A stretch of 64,000 nucleotides of DNA from the human T2T-CHM13v2.0 reference genome, Homo sapiens. The notes below the pieces were generated by a model. That model saw nothing but the letters and a program-made list of their open reading frames with translations, searched no databases and had not been told where the DNA came from. Positions 44,613 through 58,250 of this stretch are shown piece by piece (positions within the stretch are counted from its first letter, which is position 1; each line of letters opens with the position of its first letter). Position numbers and translations under genes: made by a program. The stretch lies in NCBI RefSeq assembly GCF_009914755.1, contig NC_060928.1. One strand, given 5' to 3'.

Positions 44613-47600
44613 AGAAGGTATCTCCTTTTCCACCATAGGCCTCATATCGCTCCAAATACCCACTTGCTGATACTGCAAAAACACTGTTTCAGAACTGCTC
44701 TCCCAAAGGAAGGTTCAACTCTGTGAGTTGAATGCAGACATCACAAAAAAGTTTCTGAGAATGCTTCCGTCCAGTTTGTATGTGCAGATACCCCGTTTAC
44801 AACGAATTCCTCAAGAGCTCCAAATATCCTCAAGCAGATTCTACAAAAGCAGTATTTCAAGACTGCTCTATCAAAAGGAAGGGTGAACTCTGTGAGTTGA
44901 ATCCACACATCCCAAAAAAGTTTCTGAGAATAGTTGTGTCTAGTTTGTATGTGCGGACATCCCGTTTACAGCGAATTCCTCAAAGAGCTCCAAATGTCCT
45001 CAGGCAGATTCTAAAAAAGCAGTGCTGCAAAACTGCTCTATCAAAAGAAAGGTTGAACTCTGTGAGTTGAGTTCACACATCACAAAAAAGTCTCTGACCA
45101 TGTTTCTGTCTACCTTGTATGTGCAGATATCCCGTTTACAACGAATTCCTCAAAGACCTACAAATATCCTCAAGCTGATTCTAGAAAAGGATGGTTTCAA
45201 AACTGATCTATCCAAAAAGACGTTCAACTCTGTGACTTGAATGCACACAACACAAAATTTTCTGAGAATGCTTCTGTCTAGATTGTATGTGGAGATATCT
45301 CGTTTGCCACGAATTCCTCCAAGAGCTCCAAATATCCTCAAGCAGATTCTATCCAAGCAGGGTTTCAAGAGTGCTCTATCAAAAGGAAGGTTGAATTCTG
45401 TGACTTGAATCCACACATCACGAAAAAGTTTCTGGGGATGCTTCTGTCTAATTTGCATGTGCAGATATCCCGATTGCAAAGAATTCCTCAAAGAGCTCCA
45501 AATATCCTGAAGCAGATTCTTCAAAAGCAGTATTTCAAGACTGCTCTATCAAAAGGAAGGTTGAACTGTGTGAGTTGAATCCACACATCCCAAAAAAAGT
45601 TTCTGAGAATGCTTCTGTCAATTTTGTGCAGATATCCCGTTGGCAACGAATTCCTGAAAGAGCTCCAAATATCCTCAAGCAGATTCTGCAAAAGCAGGAT
45701 TTCAAGACAGCTCTATCAAAAGGAAAGTTGAACTCTGTGAGTTGAGATCACACATCCCTAAATGTTTCTGAGAATGCTTCTGTCTAGTTTATATGTGAAG
45801 ATATTTCACTTTCCACCATGAGCCTCTAAGCGCTCCAAATGAACACTTGCAGAGTATGCAGAAAGAATGTTTCCAATCTTCTCTATCAAAGGAAAGATTC
45901 AACTCTGTGAGTTGAATGGACATATCACAAAGAACTGTCTGAGAATACTTCTGTCTAGCTTTTATGTGAAGATATTTCCTTTTCCACCGTAGGCTTCAAA
46001 GCGCTCCAAATGAACACTTGCAGATTCTACAAAAAGAATGCTTCTAAACTGCTGTATCAAGGAAAGCGTTCAACTCTGTGAGTTGAATGCACACATCCCA
46101 AAGCAGTTTCTGAGAATGCTTCTGTTTAGTTTTTATGTGAAGGTATTTTGCTTTCCACCATAAGCCTTCAAAGCGCTCCAAAGGAACACTTGCAGATTAT
46201 GCACAGAGAATGCCTCAAATCTGCTCTATCAAAAGAAAGGTTGGACTCTGTGAGTTCAATGGACACATCACAAAGCAGTTTCTGAGAATGCTTCTGTCCG
46301 GTTTTTCTGTGAAGATATTTCCTTTTGCACCCTAGGCTTCAAAGCGCTCCAAATGAACACTTGCAGATTCTACAAAAAGAATGTTTCAAAACTGCTCTAT
46401 CAAAGACGGAGTTCAACCCTTTGACTTCAATGAACACAACACAGAGCAGTTTCTGAGAATGATTCTGTGTAGTTTTTATCCGAAGATATTTCCTTTTCCA
46501 CCATAGGCCTCAAATTGCTCCAAATATCCACTTGTAGATCGTAAGAAAACACTGTTTCAAAACTGCTTTCTCAAAAGGAAGGTTCAACTCTTTGAGTTCA
46601 ATGCGCACATCACAAGGAACTGTCTGAGCAAACTTCCGTCTAGTTTTTATGTGACGATATTACCATTTCCACCGCAGGTTTCGAAGCGCTCCAAAAGAAC
46701 ACTTGCAGATACTGCAACAAGAATGTTTCACAACTGCTCTATCAAAGAAAGCGTTCACCTCTGTGAGTTGAATACACACATCCCAAAGCAGTTTCTGAGA
46801 ATGCTTCTGTGTAGCTTCCATGAGAAGGTATCTCCTTTTCCACCATAGGCCTCCTATCGCTCCAAATACCCACTTGCTGATACTGCAAAAACACTGTTTC
46901 AGAACTGCTCTCCCAAAGGAAGGTTCAACTCTGTGAGTTGAATGCAGACATCACAAAAAAGTTTCTGAGAATGCTTCCGTCCAGTTTGTATGTGCAGATA
47001 CCCCGTTTACAACGAATTCCTCAAGAGCTCCAAATATCCTCAAGCAGATTCTACAAAAGCAGTATTTCAAGACTGCTCTATCAAAAGGAAGGGTGAACTC
47101 TGTGAGTTGAATCCACACATCCCAAAAAAGTTTCTGAGAATAGTTGTGTCTAGTTTGTATGTGCGGACATCCCGTTTAAAATGAATTCCTCAAAGAGCTC
47201 CAAATGTCCTCAGGCAGATTCTACAAAAGCAGTGCTGCAAAACTGCTCTATCAAAAGAAAGTTGAACTCTGTGAGTTGAGTTCACACATCACAAAAAAGT
47301 CTCTGACCATGTTTCTGTCTACCTTGTATGTGCAGATATCCCGTTTACAACGAATTCCTCAAAGACCTACAAATATCCTCAAGCTGATTCTAGAAAAGGA
47401 TTGTTTCAAAACTGATCTATCCAAAAAGACGTTCAACTCTGTGACTTGAATGCACACAACACAAAATTTTCTGAGAATGCTTCTGTCTAGATTGTATGTG
47501 GAGATATCTCGTTTGCCACGAATTCCTCCAAGAGCTCCAAATATCCTCAAGCAGATTCTACCCAAGCAGGGTTTCAAGAGTGCTCTATCAAAAGGAAGGT

Positions 47601-50600
47601 TGAATTCTGTGAGTTGAATCCACACATCACGAAAAAGTTTCTGGGAATGCTTCTGTCTAATTTGTATGTGCAGATATCCCGATTGCAACGAATTCCTCAA
47701 AGAGCTCCAAATATCCTGAAGCAGATTCTTCAAAAGCAGTATTTCAAGACTGCTCTATCAAAAGGAAGGTTGAACTGTGTGAGTTGAATCCACACATCCC
47801 AAAAAAAGTTTCTGAGAATGCTTCTGTCAATTTTGTGCAGATATCCCGTTGGCAACGAATTCCTGAAAGAGCTCCAAATATCCTCAAGCAGATTCTGCAA
47901 AAGCAGGATTTCAAGACAGCTCTATCAAAAGGAAAGTTGAACTCTGTGAGTTGAGATCACACATCCCTAAATGTTTCTGAGAATGCTTCTGTCTAGTTTA
48001 TATGTGAAGATATTTCACTTTCCACCATGAGCCTCTAAGCGCTCCAAATGAACACTTGCAGAGTATGCAGAAAGAATGTTTCCAATCTTCTCTATCAAAG
48101 GAAAGATTCAACTCTGTGAGTTGAATGGACATATCACAAAGAACTGTCTGAGAATACTTCTGTCTAGCTTTTATGTGAAGATATTTCCTTTTCCACCGTA
48201 GGCTTCAAAGCGCTCCAAATGAACACTTGCAGATTCTACAAAAAGAATGCTTCTAAACTGCTGTATCAAAGAAAGCGTTCAACTCTGTGAGTTGAATGCA
48301 CACATCCCAAAGCAGTTTCTGAGAATGCTTCTGTTTAGTTTTTATGTGAAGGTATTTTGCTTTCCACCATAAGCCTTCAAAGCGCTCCAAAGGAACACTT
48401 GCAGATTATGCACAGAGAATGCCTCAAATCTGCTCTATCAAAAGAAACGTTGGACTCTGTGAGTTCAATGGACACATCACAAAGCAGTTTCTGAGAATGC
48501 TTCTGTCCGGTTTTTCTGTGAAGATATTTCCTTTTGCACCCTAGGCTTCAAAGCGCTCCAAATGAACACTTGCAGATTCTACAAAAAGAATGTTTCAAAA
48601 CTGCTCTATCAAAGACGGAGTTCAACCCTTTGACTTCAATGAACACAACACAGAGCAGTTTCTGAGAATGCTTCTGTGTAGTTTTTATCCGAAGATATTT
48701 CCTTTTCCACCATAAGCCTCAAATCGCTCCAAATATCCACTTGTAGATCGTAAGAAAACACTGTTTCAAAACTGCTTTCTCAAAAGGAAGGTTCAACTCT
48801 TTGAGTTCAATGCGCACATCACAAGGAACTGTCTGAGCAAACTTCCGTCTAGTTTTTATGTGACGATATTACCATTTCCACCGCAGGTTTCGAAGCGCTC
48901 CAAAAGAACACTTGCAGATACTGCAACAAGAATGTTTCACAACTGCTCTATCAAAGAAAGCGTTCACCTCTGTGAGTTGAATACACACATCCCAAAGCAG
49001 TTTCTGAGAATGCTTCTGTGTAGCTTCCATGAGAAGGTATCTCCTTTTCCACCATAGGCCTCATATCGCTCCAAATACCCACTTGCTGATACTGCAAAAA
49101 CACTGTTTCAGAACTGCTCTCCCAAAGGAAGGTTCAACTCTGTGAGTTGAATGCAGACATCACAAAAAAGTTTCTGAGAATGCTTCCGTCCAGTTTGTAT
49201 GTGCAGATACCCCGTTTACAACGAATTCCTCAAGAGCTCCAAATATCCTCAAGCAGATTCTACAAAAGCAGTATTTCAAGACTGCTCTATCAAAAGGAAG
49301 GGTGAACTCTGTGAGTTGAATCCACACATCCCAAAAAAGTTTCTGAGAATAGTTGTGTCTAGTTTGTATGTGCGGACATCCCGTTTAAAATGAATTCCTC
49401 AAAGAGCTCCAAATGTCCTCAGGCAGATTCTACAAAAGCAGTGCTGCAAAACTGCTCTATCAAAAGAAAGTTGAACTCTGTGAGTTGAGTTCACACATCA
49501 CAAAAAAGTCTCTGACCATGTTTCTGTCTACCTTGTATGTGCAGATATCCCGTTTACAACGAATTCCTCAAAGACCTACAAATATCCTCAAGCTGATTCT
49601 AGAAAAGGATTGTTTCAAAACTGATCTATCCAAAAAGACGTTCAACTCTGTGACTTGAATGCACACAACACAAAATTTTCTGAGAATGCTTCTGTCTAGA
49701 TTGTATGTGGAGATATCTCGTTTGCCACGAATTCCTCCAAGAGCTCCAAATATCCTCAAGCAGATTCTACCCAAGCAGGGTTTCAAGAGTGCTCTATCAA
49801 AAGGAAGGTTGAATTCTGTGAGTTGAATCCACACATCACGAAAAAGTTTCTGGGAATGCTTCTGTCTAATTTGTATGTGCAGATATCCCGATTGCAACGA
49901 ATTCCTCAAAGAGCTCCAAATATCCTGAAGCAGATTCTTCAAAAGCAGTATTTCAAGACTGCTCTATCAAAAGGAAGGTTGAACTGTGTGAGTTGAATCC
50001 ACACATCCCAAAAAAAGTTTCTGAGAATGCTTCTGTCAATTTTGTGCAGATATCCCGTTGGCAACGAATTCCTGAAAGAGCTCCAAATATCCTCAAGCAG
50101 ATTCTGCAAAAGCAGGATTTCAAGACAGCTCTATCAAAAGGAAAGTTGAACTCTGTGAGTTGAGATCACACATCCCTAAATGTTTCTGAGAATGCTTCTG
50201 TCTAGTTTATATGTGAAGATATTTCACTTTCCACCATGAGCCTCTAAGCGCTCCAAATGAACACTTGCAGAGTATGCAGAAAGAATGTTTCCAATCTTCT
50301 CTATCAAAGGAAAGATTCAACTCTGTGAGTTGAATGGACATATCACAAAGAACTGTCTGAGAATACTTCTGTCTAGCTTTTATGTGAAGATATTTCCTTT
50401 TCCACCGTAGGCTTCAAAGCGCTCCAAATGAACACTTGCAGATTCTACAAAAAGAATGCTTCTAAACTGCTGTATCAAAGAAAGCGTTCAACTCTGTGAG
50501 TTGAATGCACACATCCCAAAGCAGTTTCTGAGAATGCTTCTGTGTAGCTTCCATGAGAAGGTATCTCCTTTTCCACCATAGGCCTCGTATCGCTCCAAAT

Positions 50601-53600
50601 ATCCACTTGGGTGGTAGTGCAAAAACACTGCTTCAGAACTGCTCTCCCAAAGGAAGGTTCAACTCTGTGAGTTGAATGCAGACATCACAAAAAAGTTTCT
50701 GAGAATGCTTCCGTCCAGTTTGTATGTGCAGATACCCCGTTTACAACGAATTCCTCAAGAGCTCCAAATATCCTCAAGCAGATTCTACAAAAGCAGTATT
50801 TCAAGACTGCTCTATCAAAAGGAAGGGTGAACTCTGTGAGTTGAATCCACACATCCCAAAAAAGTTTCTGAGAATAGTTGTGTCTAGTTTGTATGTGCGG
50901 ACATCCCGTTTAAAATGAATTCCTCAAAGAGCTCCAAATGTCCTCAGGCAGATTCTACAAAAGCAGTGCTGCAAAACTGCTCTATCAAAAGAAAGTTGAA
51001 CTCTGTGAGTTGAGTTCACACATCACAAAAATGTCTCTGACCATGTTCCTGTCTACCTTGTATGTGCAGATATCCCGTTTACAACGAATTCCTCAAAGAC
51101 CTACAAATATCCTCAAGCTGATTCTAGAAAAGGATTGTTTCAAAACTGATCTATCCAAAAAGACGTTCAACTCTGTGACTTGAATGCACACAACACAAAA
51201 TTTTCTGAGAATGCTTCTGTCTAGATTGTATGTGGAGATATCTCGTTTGCCACGAATTCCTCCAAGAGCTCCAAATATCCTCAAGCAGATTCTACCCAAG
51301 CAGGGTTTCAAGAGTGCTCTATCAAAAGGAAGGTTGAATTCTGTGAGTTGAATCCACACATCACGAAAAAGTTTCTGGGAATGCTTCTGTCTAATTTGTA
51401 TGTGCAGATATCCCGATTGCAACGAATTCCTCAAAGAGCTCCAAATATCCTGAAGCAGATTCTTCAAAAGCAGTATTTCAAGACTGCTCTATCAAAAGGA
51501 AGGTTGAACTGTGTGAGTTGAATCCACACATCCCAAAAAAAGTTTCTGAGAATGCTTCTGTCAATTTTGTGCAGATATCCCGTTGGCAACGAATTCCTGA
51601 AAGAGCTCCAAATATCCTCAAGCAGATTCTGCAAAAGCAGGATTTCAAGACAGCTCTATCAAAAGGAAAGTTGAACTCTGTGAGTTGAGATCACACATCC
51701 CTAAATGTTTCTGAGAATGCTTCTGTCTAGTTTATATGTGAAGATATTTCACTTTCCACCATGAGCCTCTAAGCGCTCCAAATGAACACTTGCAGAGTAT
51801 GCAGAAAGAATGTTTCCAATCTTCTCTATCAAAGGAAAGATTCAACTCTGTGAGTTGAATGGACATATCACAAAGAACTGTCTGAGAATACTTCTGTCTA
51901 GCTTTTATGTGAAGATATTTCCTTTTCCACCGTAGGCTTCAAAGCGCTCCAAATGAACACTTGCAGATTCTACAAAAAGAATGCTTCTAAACTGCTGTAT
52001 CAAGGAAAGCGTTCAACTCTGTGAGTTGAATGCACACATCCCAAAGCAGTTTCTGAGAATGCTTCTGTTTAGTTTTTATGTGAAGGTATTTTGCTTTCCA
52101 CCATAAGCCTTCAAAGCGCTCCAAAGGAACACTTGCAGATTATGCACAGAGAATGCCTCAAATCTGCTCTATCAAAAGAAAGGTTGGACTCTGTGAGTTC
52201 AATGGACACATCACAAAGCAGTTTCTGAGAATGCTTCTGTCCGGTTTTTCTGTGAAGATATTTCCTTTTGCACCCTAGGCTTCAAAGCGCTCCAAATGAA
52301 CACTTGCAGATTCTACAAAAAGAATGTTTCAAAACTGCTCTATCAAAGACGGAGTTCAACCCTTTGACTTCAATGAACACAACACAGAGCAGTTTCTGAG
52401 AATGATTCTGTGTAGTTTTTATCCGAAGATATTTCCTTTTCCACCATAGGCCTCAAATTGCTCCAAATATCCACTTGTAGATCGTAAGAAAACACTGTTT
52501 CAAAACTGCTTTCTCAAAAGGAAGGTTCAACTCTTTGAGTTCAATGCGCACATCACAAGGAACTGTCTGAGCAAACTTCCGTCTAGTTTTTATGTGACGA
52601 TATTACCATTTCCACCGCAGGTTTCGAAGCGCTCCAAAAGAACACTTGCAGATACTGCAACAAGAATGTTTCACAACTGCTCTATCAAAGAAAGCGTTCA
52701 CCTCTGTGAGTTGAATACACACATCCCAAAGCAGTTTCTGAGAATGCTTCTGTGTAGCTTCCATGAGAAGGTATCTCCTTTTCCACCATAGGCCTCCTAT
52801 CGCTCCAAATACCCACTTGCTGATACTGCAAAAACACTGTTTCAGAACTGCTCTCCCAAAGGAAGGTTCAACTCTGTGAGTTGAATGCAGACATCACAAA
52901 AAAGTTTCTGAGAATGCTTCCGTCCAGTTTGTATGTGCAGATACCCCGTTTACAACGAATTCCTCAAGAGCTCCAAATATCCTCAAGCAGATTCTACAAA
53001 AGCAGTATTTCAAGACTGCTCTATCAAAAGGAAGGGTGAACTCTGTGAGTTGAATCCACACATCCCAAAAAAGTTTCTGAGAATAGTTGTGTCTAGTTTG
53101 TATGTGCAGACATCCCGTTTACAACGAATTCCTCAAAGAGCTCCAAATGTCCTCAGGCAGATTCTACAAAAGCAGTGCTGCAAAACTGCTCTATCAAAAG
53201 AAAGGTTGAACTCTGTGAGTTGAGTTCACACATCACAAAAAAAGTCTCTGACCATGTTTCTGTCTACCTTGTATGTGCAGATATCCCGTGTACAACGAAT
53301 TCCTCAAAGACCTACAAATATCCTCAAGCTGATTCTACAAAAGGATTGTTTCAAAACTGATCTATCCAAAAAGACGTTCAACTCTGTGACTTGAATGCAC
53401 ACAACACAAAATTTTCTGAGAATGCTTCTGTCTAGATTGTATGTGGAGATATCTCGTTTGCCACGAATTCCTCCAAGAGCTCCAAATATCCTCAAGCAGA
53501 TTCTACCCAAGCAGTGTTTCAAGAATGCTCTATCAAAAGGAAGGTTGAATTCTGTGAGTTGAATCCACACATCACGAAAAAGTTTCTGGGAATGCTTCTG

Positions 53601-56600
53601 TCTAATTTGTATGTGCAGATATCCCGATTGCAACGAATTCCTCAAAGAGCTCCAAATATCCTGAAGCAGATTCTTCAAAAGCAGTATTTCAAGACTGCTC
53701 TATCAAAAGGAAGGTTGAACTGTGTGAGTTGAATCCACACATCCCAAAAAAAGTTTCTGAGAATGCTTCTGTCAATTTTGTGCAGATATCCCGTTGGCAA
53801 CGAATTCCTGAAAGAGCTCCAAATATCCTCAAGCAGATTCTGCAAAAGCAGGATTTCAAGACAGCTCTATCAAAAGGAAAGTTGAACACTGTGAGTTGAG
53901 TTCACACATCCCTAAATGTTTCTGAGAATGCTTCTATCTAGTTTATATGTGAAGATATTTCACTCTCCACCATGAGCCTCTAAGCGCTCCAAATGAACAC
54001 TTGCAGAGTATGCAGAAAGAATGTTTCCAATCTTCTCTACCAAAGGAAAGATTCAACTCTGTGAGTTGAATGGACATATCACAAAGAACTGTCTGAGAAT
54101 ACTTCTGTCTAGCTTTTATGTGAAGATATTTCCTTTTCCACCGTAGGCTTCAAAGCGCTCCAAATGAACACTTGCAGATTCTACAAAAAGAATGCTTCTA
54201 AACTGCTGTATCAAAGAAAGCGTTCAACTCTGTGAGTTGAATGCACACATCCCAAAGCAGTTTCTGAGAATGCTTCTGTTTAGTTTTTATGTGAAGATAT
54301 TTTGCTTTCCACCGTAAGCCTTCAAAGCGCTCCAAAGGAACACTTGCAGATTATGCACAGAGAATGCCTCAAATCTGCTCTATCAAAAGAAAGGTTGGAC
54401 TCTGTGAGTTCAATGGACACATCACAAAGCAGTTTCTGAGAATGCTTCTGTCCGGTTTTTCTGTGAAGATATTTCCTTTTGCACCCTAGGCTTCAAAGCG
54501 CTCCAAATGAACACTTGCAGATTCTACAAAAAGAATGTTTCAAAACTGCTCTATCAAAGACGGAGTTCAACCCTTTGACTTCAATGAACGCAACACAGAG
54601 CAGTTTCTGAGAATGCTTCTGTGTAGTTTTTATCCGAAGATATTTCCTTTTCCACCATAGGCCTCAAATCGCTCCAAATATCCACTTGTAGATCGTAAGA
54701 AAACACTGTTTCAAAACTGCTTTCTCAAAAGGAAGGTTCAACTCTTTGAGTTCAATGCGCACATCACAAGGAACTGTCTGAGCAAACTTCCGTCTAGTTT
54801 TTATGTGACGATATTACCATTTCCACCGCAGGTTTCGAAGCGCTCCAAAAGAACACTTGCAGATACTGCAACAAGAATGTTTCACAACTGCTCTATCAAA
54901 GAAAGCGTTCACCTCTGTGAGTTGAATGCACACATCCCAAAGCAGTTTCTGAGAATGCTTCTGTGTAGCTTCCATGTGAAGGTATCTCCTTTTCCACCAT
55001 AGGCCTCATATCGCTCCAAATATCCACTTGCTCATACTGCAAAAACACTGTTTCAGAGCAGCTCTCCCAAAGGAAGGTTCAACTCTGTGAGTTGAATGCA
55101 GACATCACAAAAAAGTTTCTGAGAATGCTTCCGTCCAGTTTGTATGTGCAGATACCCCGTTTACAACGAATTCCTCAAGAGCTCCAAATATCCTCAAGCA
55201 GATTCTACAAAAACAGTATTTCAAGACTGCTCTATCAAAAGGAAGGGTGAACTCTGTGAGTTGAATCCACACATCCCAAAAAAGTTTCTGAGAATAGTTG
55301 TGTCTAGTTTGTATGTGCGGACATCCCGTTTACAACGAATTCCTCAAAGAGCTCCAAATGTCCTCAGGCAGATTCTACAAAAGCAGTGCTGCAAAACTGC
55401 TCTATCAAAAGAAAGGTTGAACTCTGTGAGTTGAGTTCACACATCACAAAAAAGTCTCTGACCATGTTTCTGTCTACCTTGTATGTGCAGATATCCCGTT
55501 TACAACGAATTCCTCAAAGACCTACAAATATCCTCAAGCTGATTCTAGAAAAGGATGGTTTCAAAACTGATCTATCCAAAAAGACGTTCAACTCTGTGAC
55601 TTGAATGCACACAACACAAAATTTTCTGAGAATGCTTCTGTCTAGATTGTATGTGGAGATATCTCGTTTGCCACGAATTCCTCCAAGAGCTCCAAATATC
55701 CTCAAGCAGATTCTACCCAAGCAGTGTTTCAAGAATGCTCTATCAAAAGGAAGGTTGAATTCTGTGAGTTGAATCCACACATCACGAAAAAGTTTCTGGG
55801 AATGCTTCTGTCTAATTTGTATGTGCAGATATCCCGATTGCAACGAATTCCTCAAAGAGCTCCAAATATCCTGAAGCAGATTCTTCAAAAGCAGTATTTC
55901 AAGACTGCTCTATCAAAAGGAAGGTTGAACTGTGTGAGTTGAATCCACACATCCGAAAAAAAGTTTCTGAGAATGCTTCTGTCAATTTTGTGCAGATATC
56001 CCGTTGGCAACGAATTCCTGAAAGAGCTCCAAATATCCTCAAGCAGATTCTGCAAAAGCAGGATTTCAAGACAGCTCTATCAAAAGGAAAGTTGAACTCT
56101 GTGAGTTGAGTTCACACATCCCTAAATGTTTCTGAGAATGCTTCTATCTAGTTTATATGTGAAGATATTTCACTTTCCACCATGAGCCTCTAAGCGCTCC
56201 AAATGAATACTTGCAGAGTATGCAGAAAGAACGTTTCCAATCTTCTCTATCAAAGGAAAGATTCAACTCTGTGAGTTGAATGGACATATCACAAAGAACT
56301 GTCTGAGAATACTTCTGTCTAGCTTTTATGTGAAGATATTTCCTTTTCCACCGTAGGCTTCAAAGCGCTCCAAATGAACACTTGCAGATTCTACAAAAAG
56401 AATGCTTCTAAACTGCTGTATCAAAGAAAGCGTTCAACTCTGTGAGTTGAATGCACACATCCCAAAGCAGTTTCTGAGAATGCTTCTGTTTAGTTTTTAT
56501 GTGAAGATATTTTGCTTTCCACCATAAGCCTTCAAAGCGCTCCAAAGGAACACTTGCAGATTATGCACAGAGAATGCCTCAAATCTGCTCTATCAAAAGA

Positions 56601-58250
56601 AAGGTTGGACTCTGTGAGTTCAATGGACACATCACAAAGCAGTTTCTGAGAATTCTTCTGTCCGGTTTTTCTGTGAAGATATTTCCTTTTGCACCCTAGG
56701 CTTCAAAGCGCTCCAAATGAACACTTGCAGATTCTACAAAAAGAATGTTTCAAAACTGCTCTATCAAAGACGGAGTTCAACCCTTTGACTTCAATGAACA
56801 CAACACAGAGCAGTTTCTGAGAATGCTTCTGTGTAGTTTTTATCCGAAGATATTTCCTTTTCCACCATAGGCCTCAAATCGCTCCAAATATCCACTTGTA
56901 GATCGTAAGAAAACACTGTTTCAAAACTGCTTTCTCAAAAGGAAGGTTCAACTCTTTGAGTTCAATGCGCACATCACAAGGAACTGTCTGAGCAAACTTC
57001 CGTCTAGTTTTTATGTGACGATATTATCATTTCCACCGCAGGTTTCGAAGCGCTCCAAAAGAACACTTGCAGATACTGCAACAAGAATGTTTCACAACTG
57101 CTCTATCAAAGAAAGCGTTCACCTCTGTGAGTTGAATGCACACATCCCAAAGCAGTTTCTGAGAATGCTTCTGTGTAGCTTCCATGTGAAGGTATCTCCT
57201 TTTCCACCATAGGCCTCATATCGCTCCAAATATCCACTTGCTCATACTGCAAAAACACTGTTTCAGAGCTGCTCTCCCAAAGGAAGGTTCAACTCTGTGA
57301 GTTGAATGCAGACATCACAAAAAAGTTTCTGAGAATGCTTCCGTCCAGTTTGTATGTGCAGATACCCCGTTTACAACGAATTCCTCAAGAGCTCCAAATA
57401 TCCTCAAGCAGATTCTACAAAAGCAGTATTTCAAGACTGCTCTATCAAAAGGAAGGGTGAACTCTGTGAGTTGAATCCACACATCCCAAAAAAGTTTCTG
57501 AGAATAGTTGTGTCTAGTTTGTATGTGCGGACATCCCGTTTACAACGAATTCCTCAAAGAGCTCCAAATGTCCTCAGGCAGATTCTACAAAAGCAGTGCT
57601 GCAAAACTGCTCTATCAAAAGAAAGGTTGAACTCTGTGAGTTGAGTTCACACATCACAAAAAAGTCTCTGACCATGTTTCTGTCTACCTTGTATGTGCAG
57701 ATATCCCGTTTACAACGAATTCCTCAAAGACCTACAAATATCCTCAAGCTGATTCTACAAAAGGATGGTTTCAAAACTGATCTATCCAAAAAGACGTTCA
57801 ACTCTGTGACTTGAATGCACACAACACAAAATTTTCTGAGAATGCTTCTGTCTAGATTGTATGTGGAGATATCTCGTTTGCCACGAATTCCTCCAAGAGC
57901 TCCAAATATCCTCAAGCAGATTCTACCCAAGCAGTGTTTCAAGAATGCTCTATCAAAAGGAAGGTTGAATTCTGTGAGTTGAATCCACACATCACGAAAA
58001 AGTTTCTGGGAATGCTTCTGTCTAATTTGTATGTGCAGATATCCCGATTGCAACGAATTCCTCAAAGAGCTCCAAATATCCTGAAGCAGATTCTTCAAAA
58101 GCAGTATTTCAAGACTGCTCTATCAAAAGGAAGGTTGAACTGTGTGAGTTGAATCCACACATCCCAAAAAAAGTTTCTGAGAATGCTTCTGTCAATTTTG
58201 TGCAGATATCCCGTTTGCAACGAATTCCTGAAAGAGCTCCAAATATCCTC
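44613..58250 (-). repeat. Edge group of more divergent copies of the same HOR (2209-2211 bp), about six units including one 9-mer
   Basis: ORF-track spacing changes to 2210, 2209, 3734, 2211, 2210. New shared variants start at 44613 (tgagaagg) and ~44660 (cacttgctgatactgc in place of cacttgggtgatagtgc). Confidence 0.93.
49199..50723 (-). repeat. 9-mer HOR structural variant (1525-bp period; four A-type monomers, 685 bp, deleted; junction within 50492-50543)
   Basis: Equivalent positions 49199 and 50724, and 49568 and 51093, are 1525 bp apart. The sequence runs from the 'gcttctaaactgctgtatc' monomer directly into 'gtagcttccatgagaagg', skipping four monomers. Confidence 0.93.

Noticed and set aside
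1-58250. Possible CRISPR-like repeat-spacer array or tandem gene amplification
   Set aside because: There are no unique spacers and no cas-like genes. The whole unit consists of homologous ~171-bp monomers.
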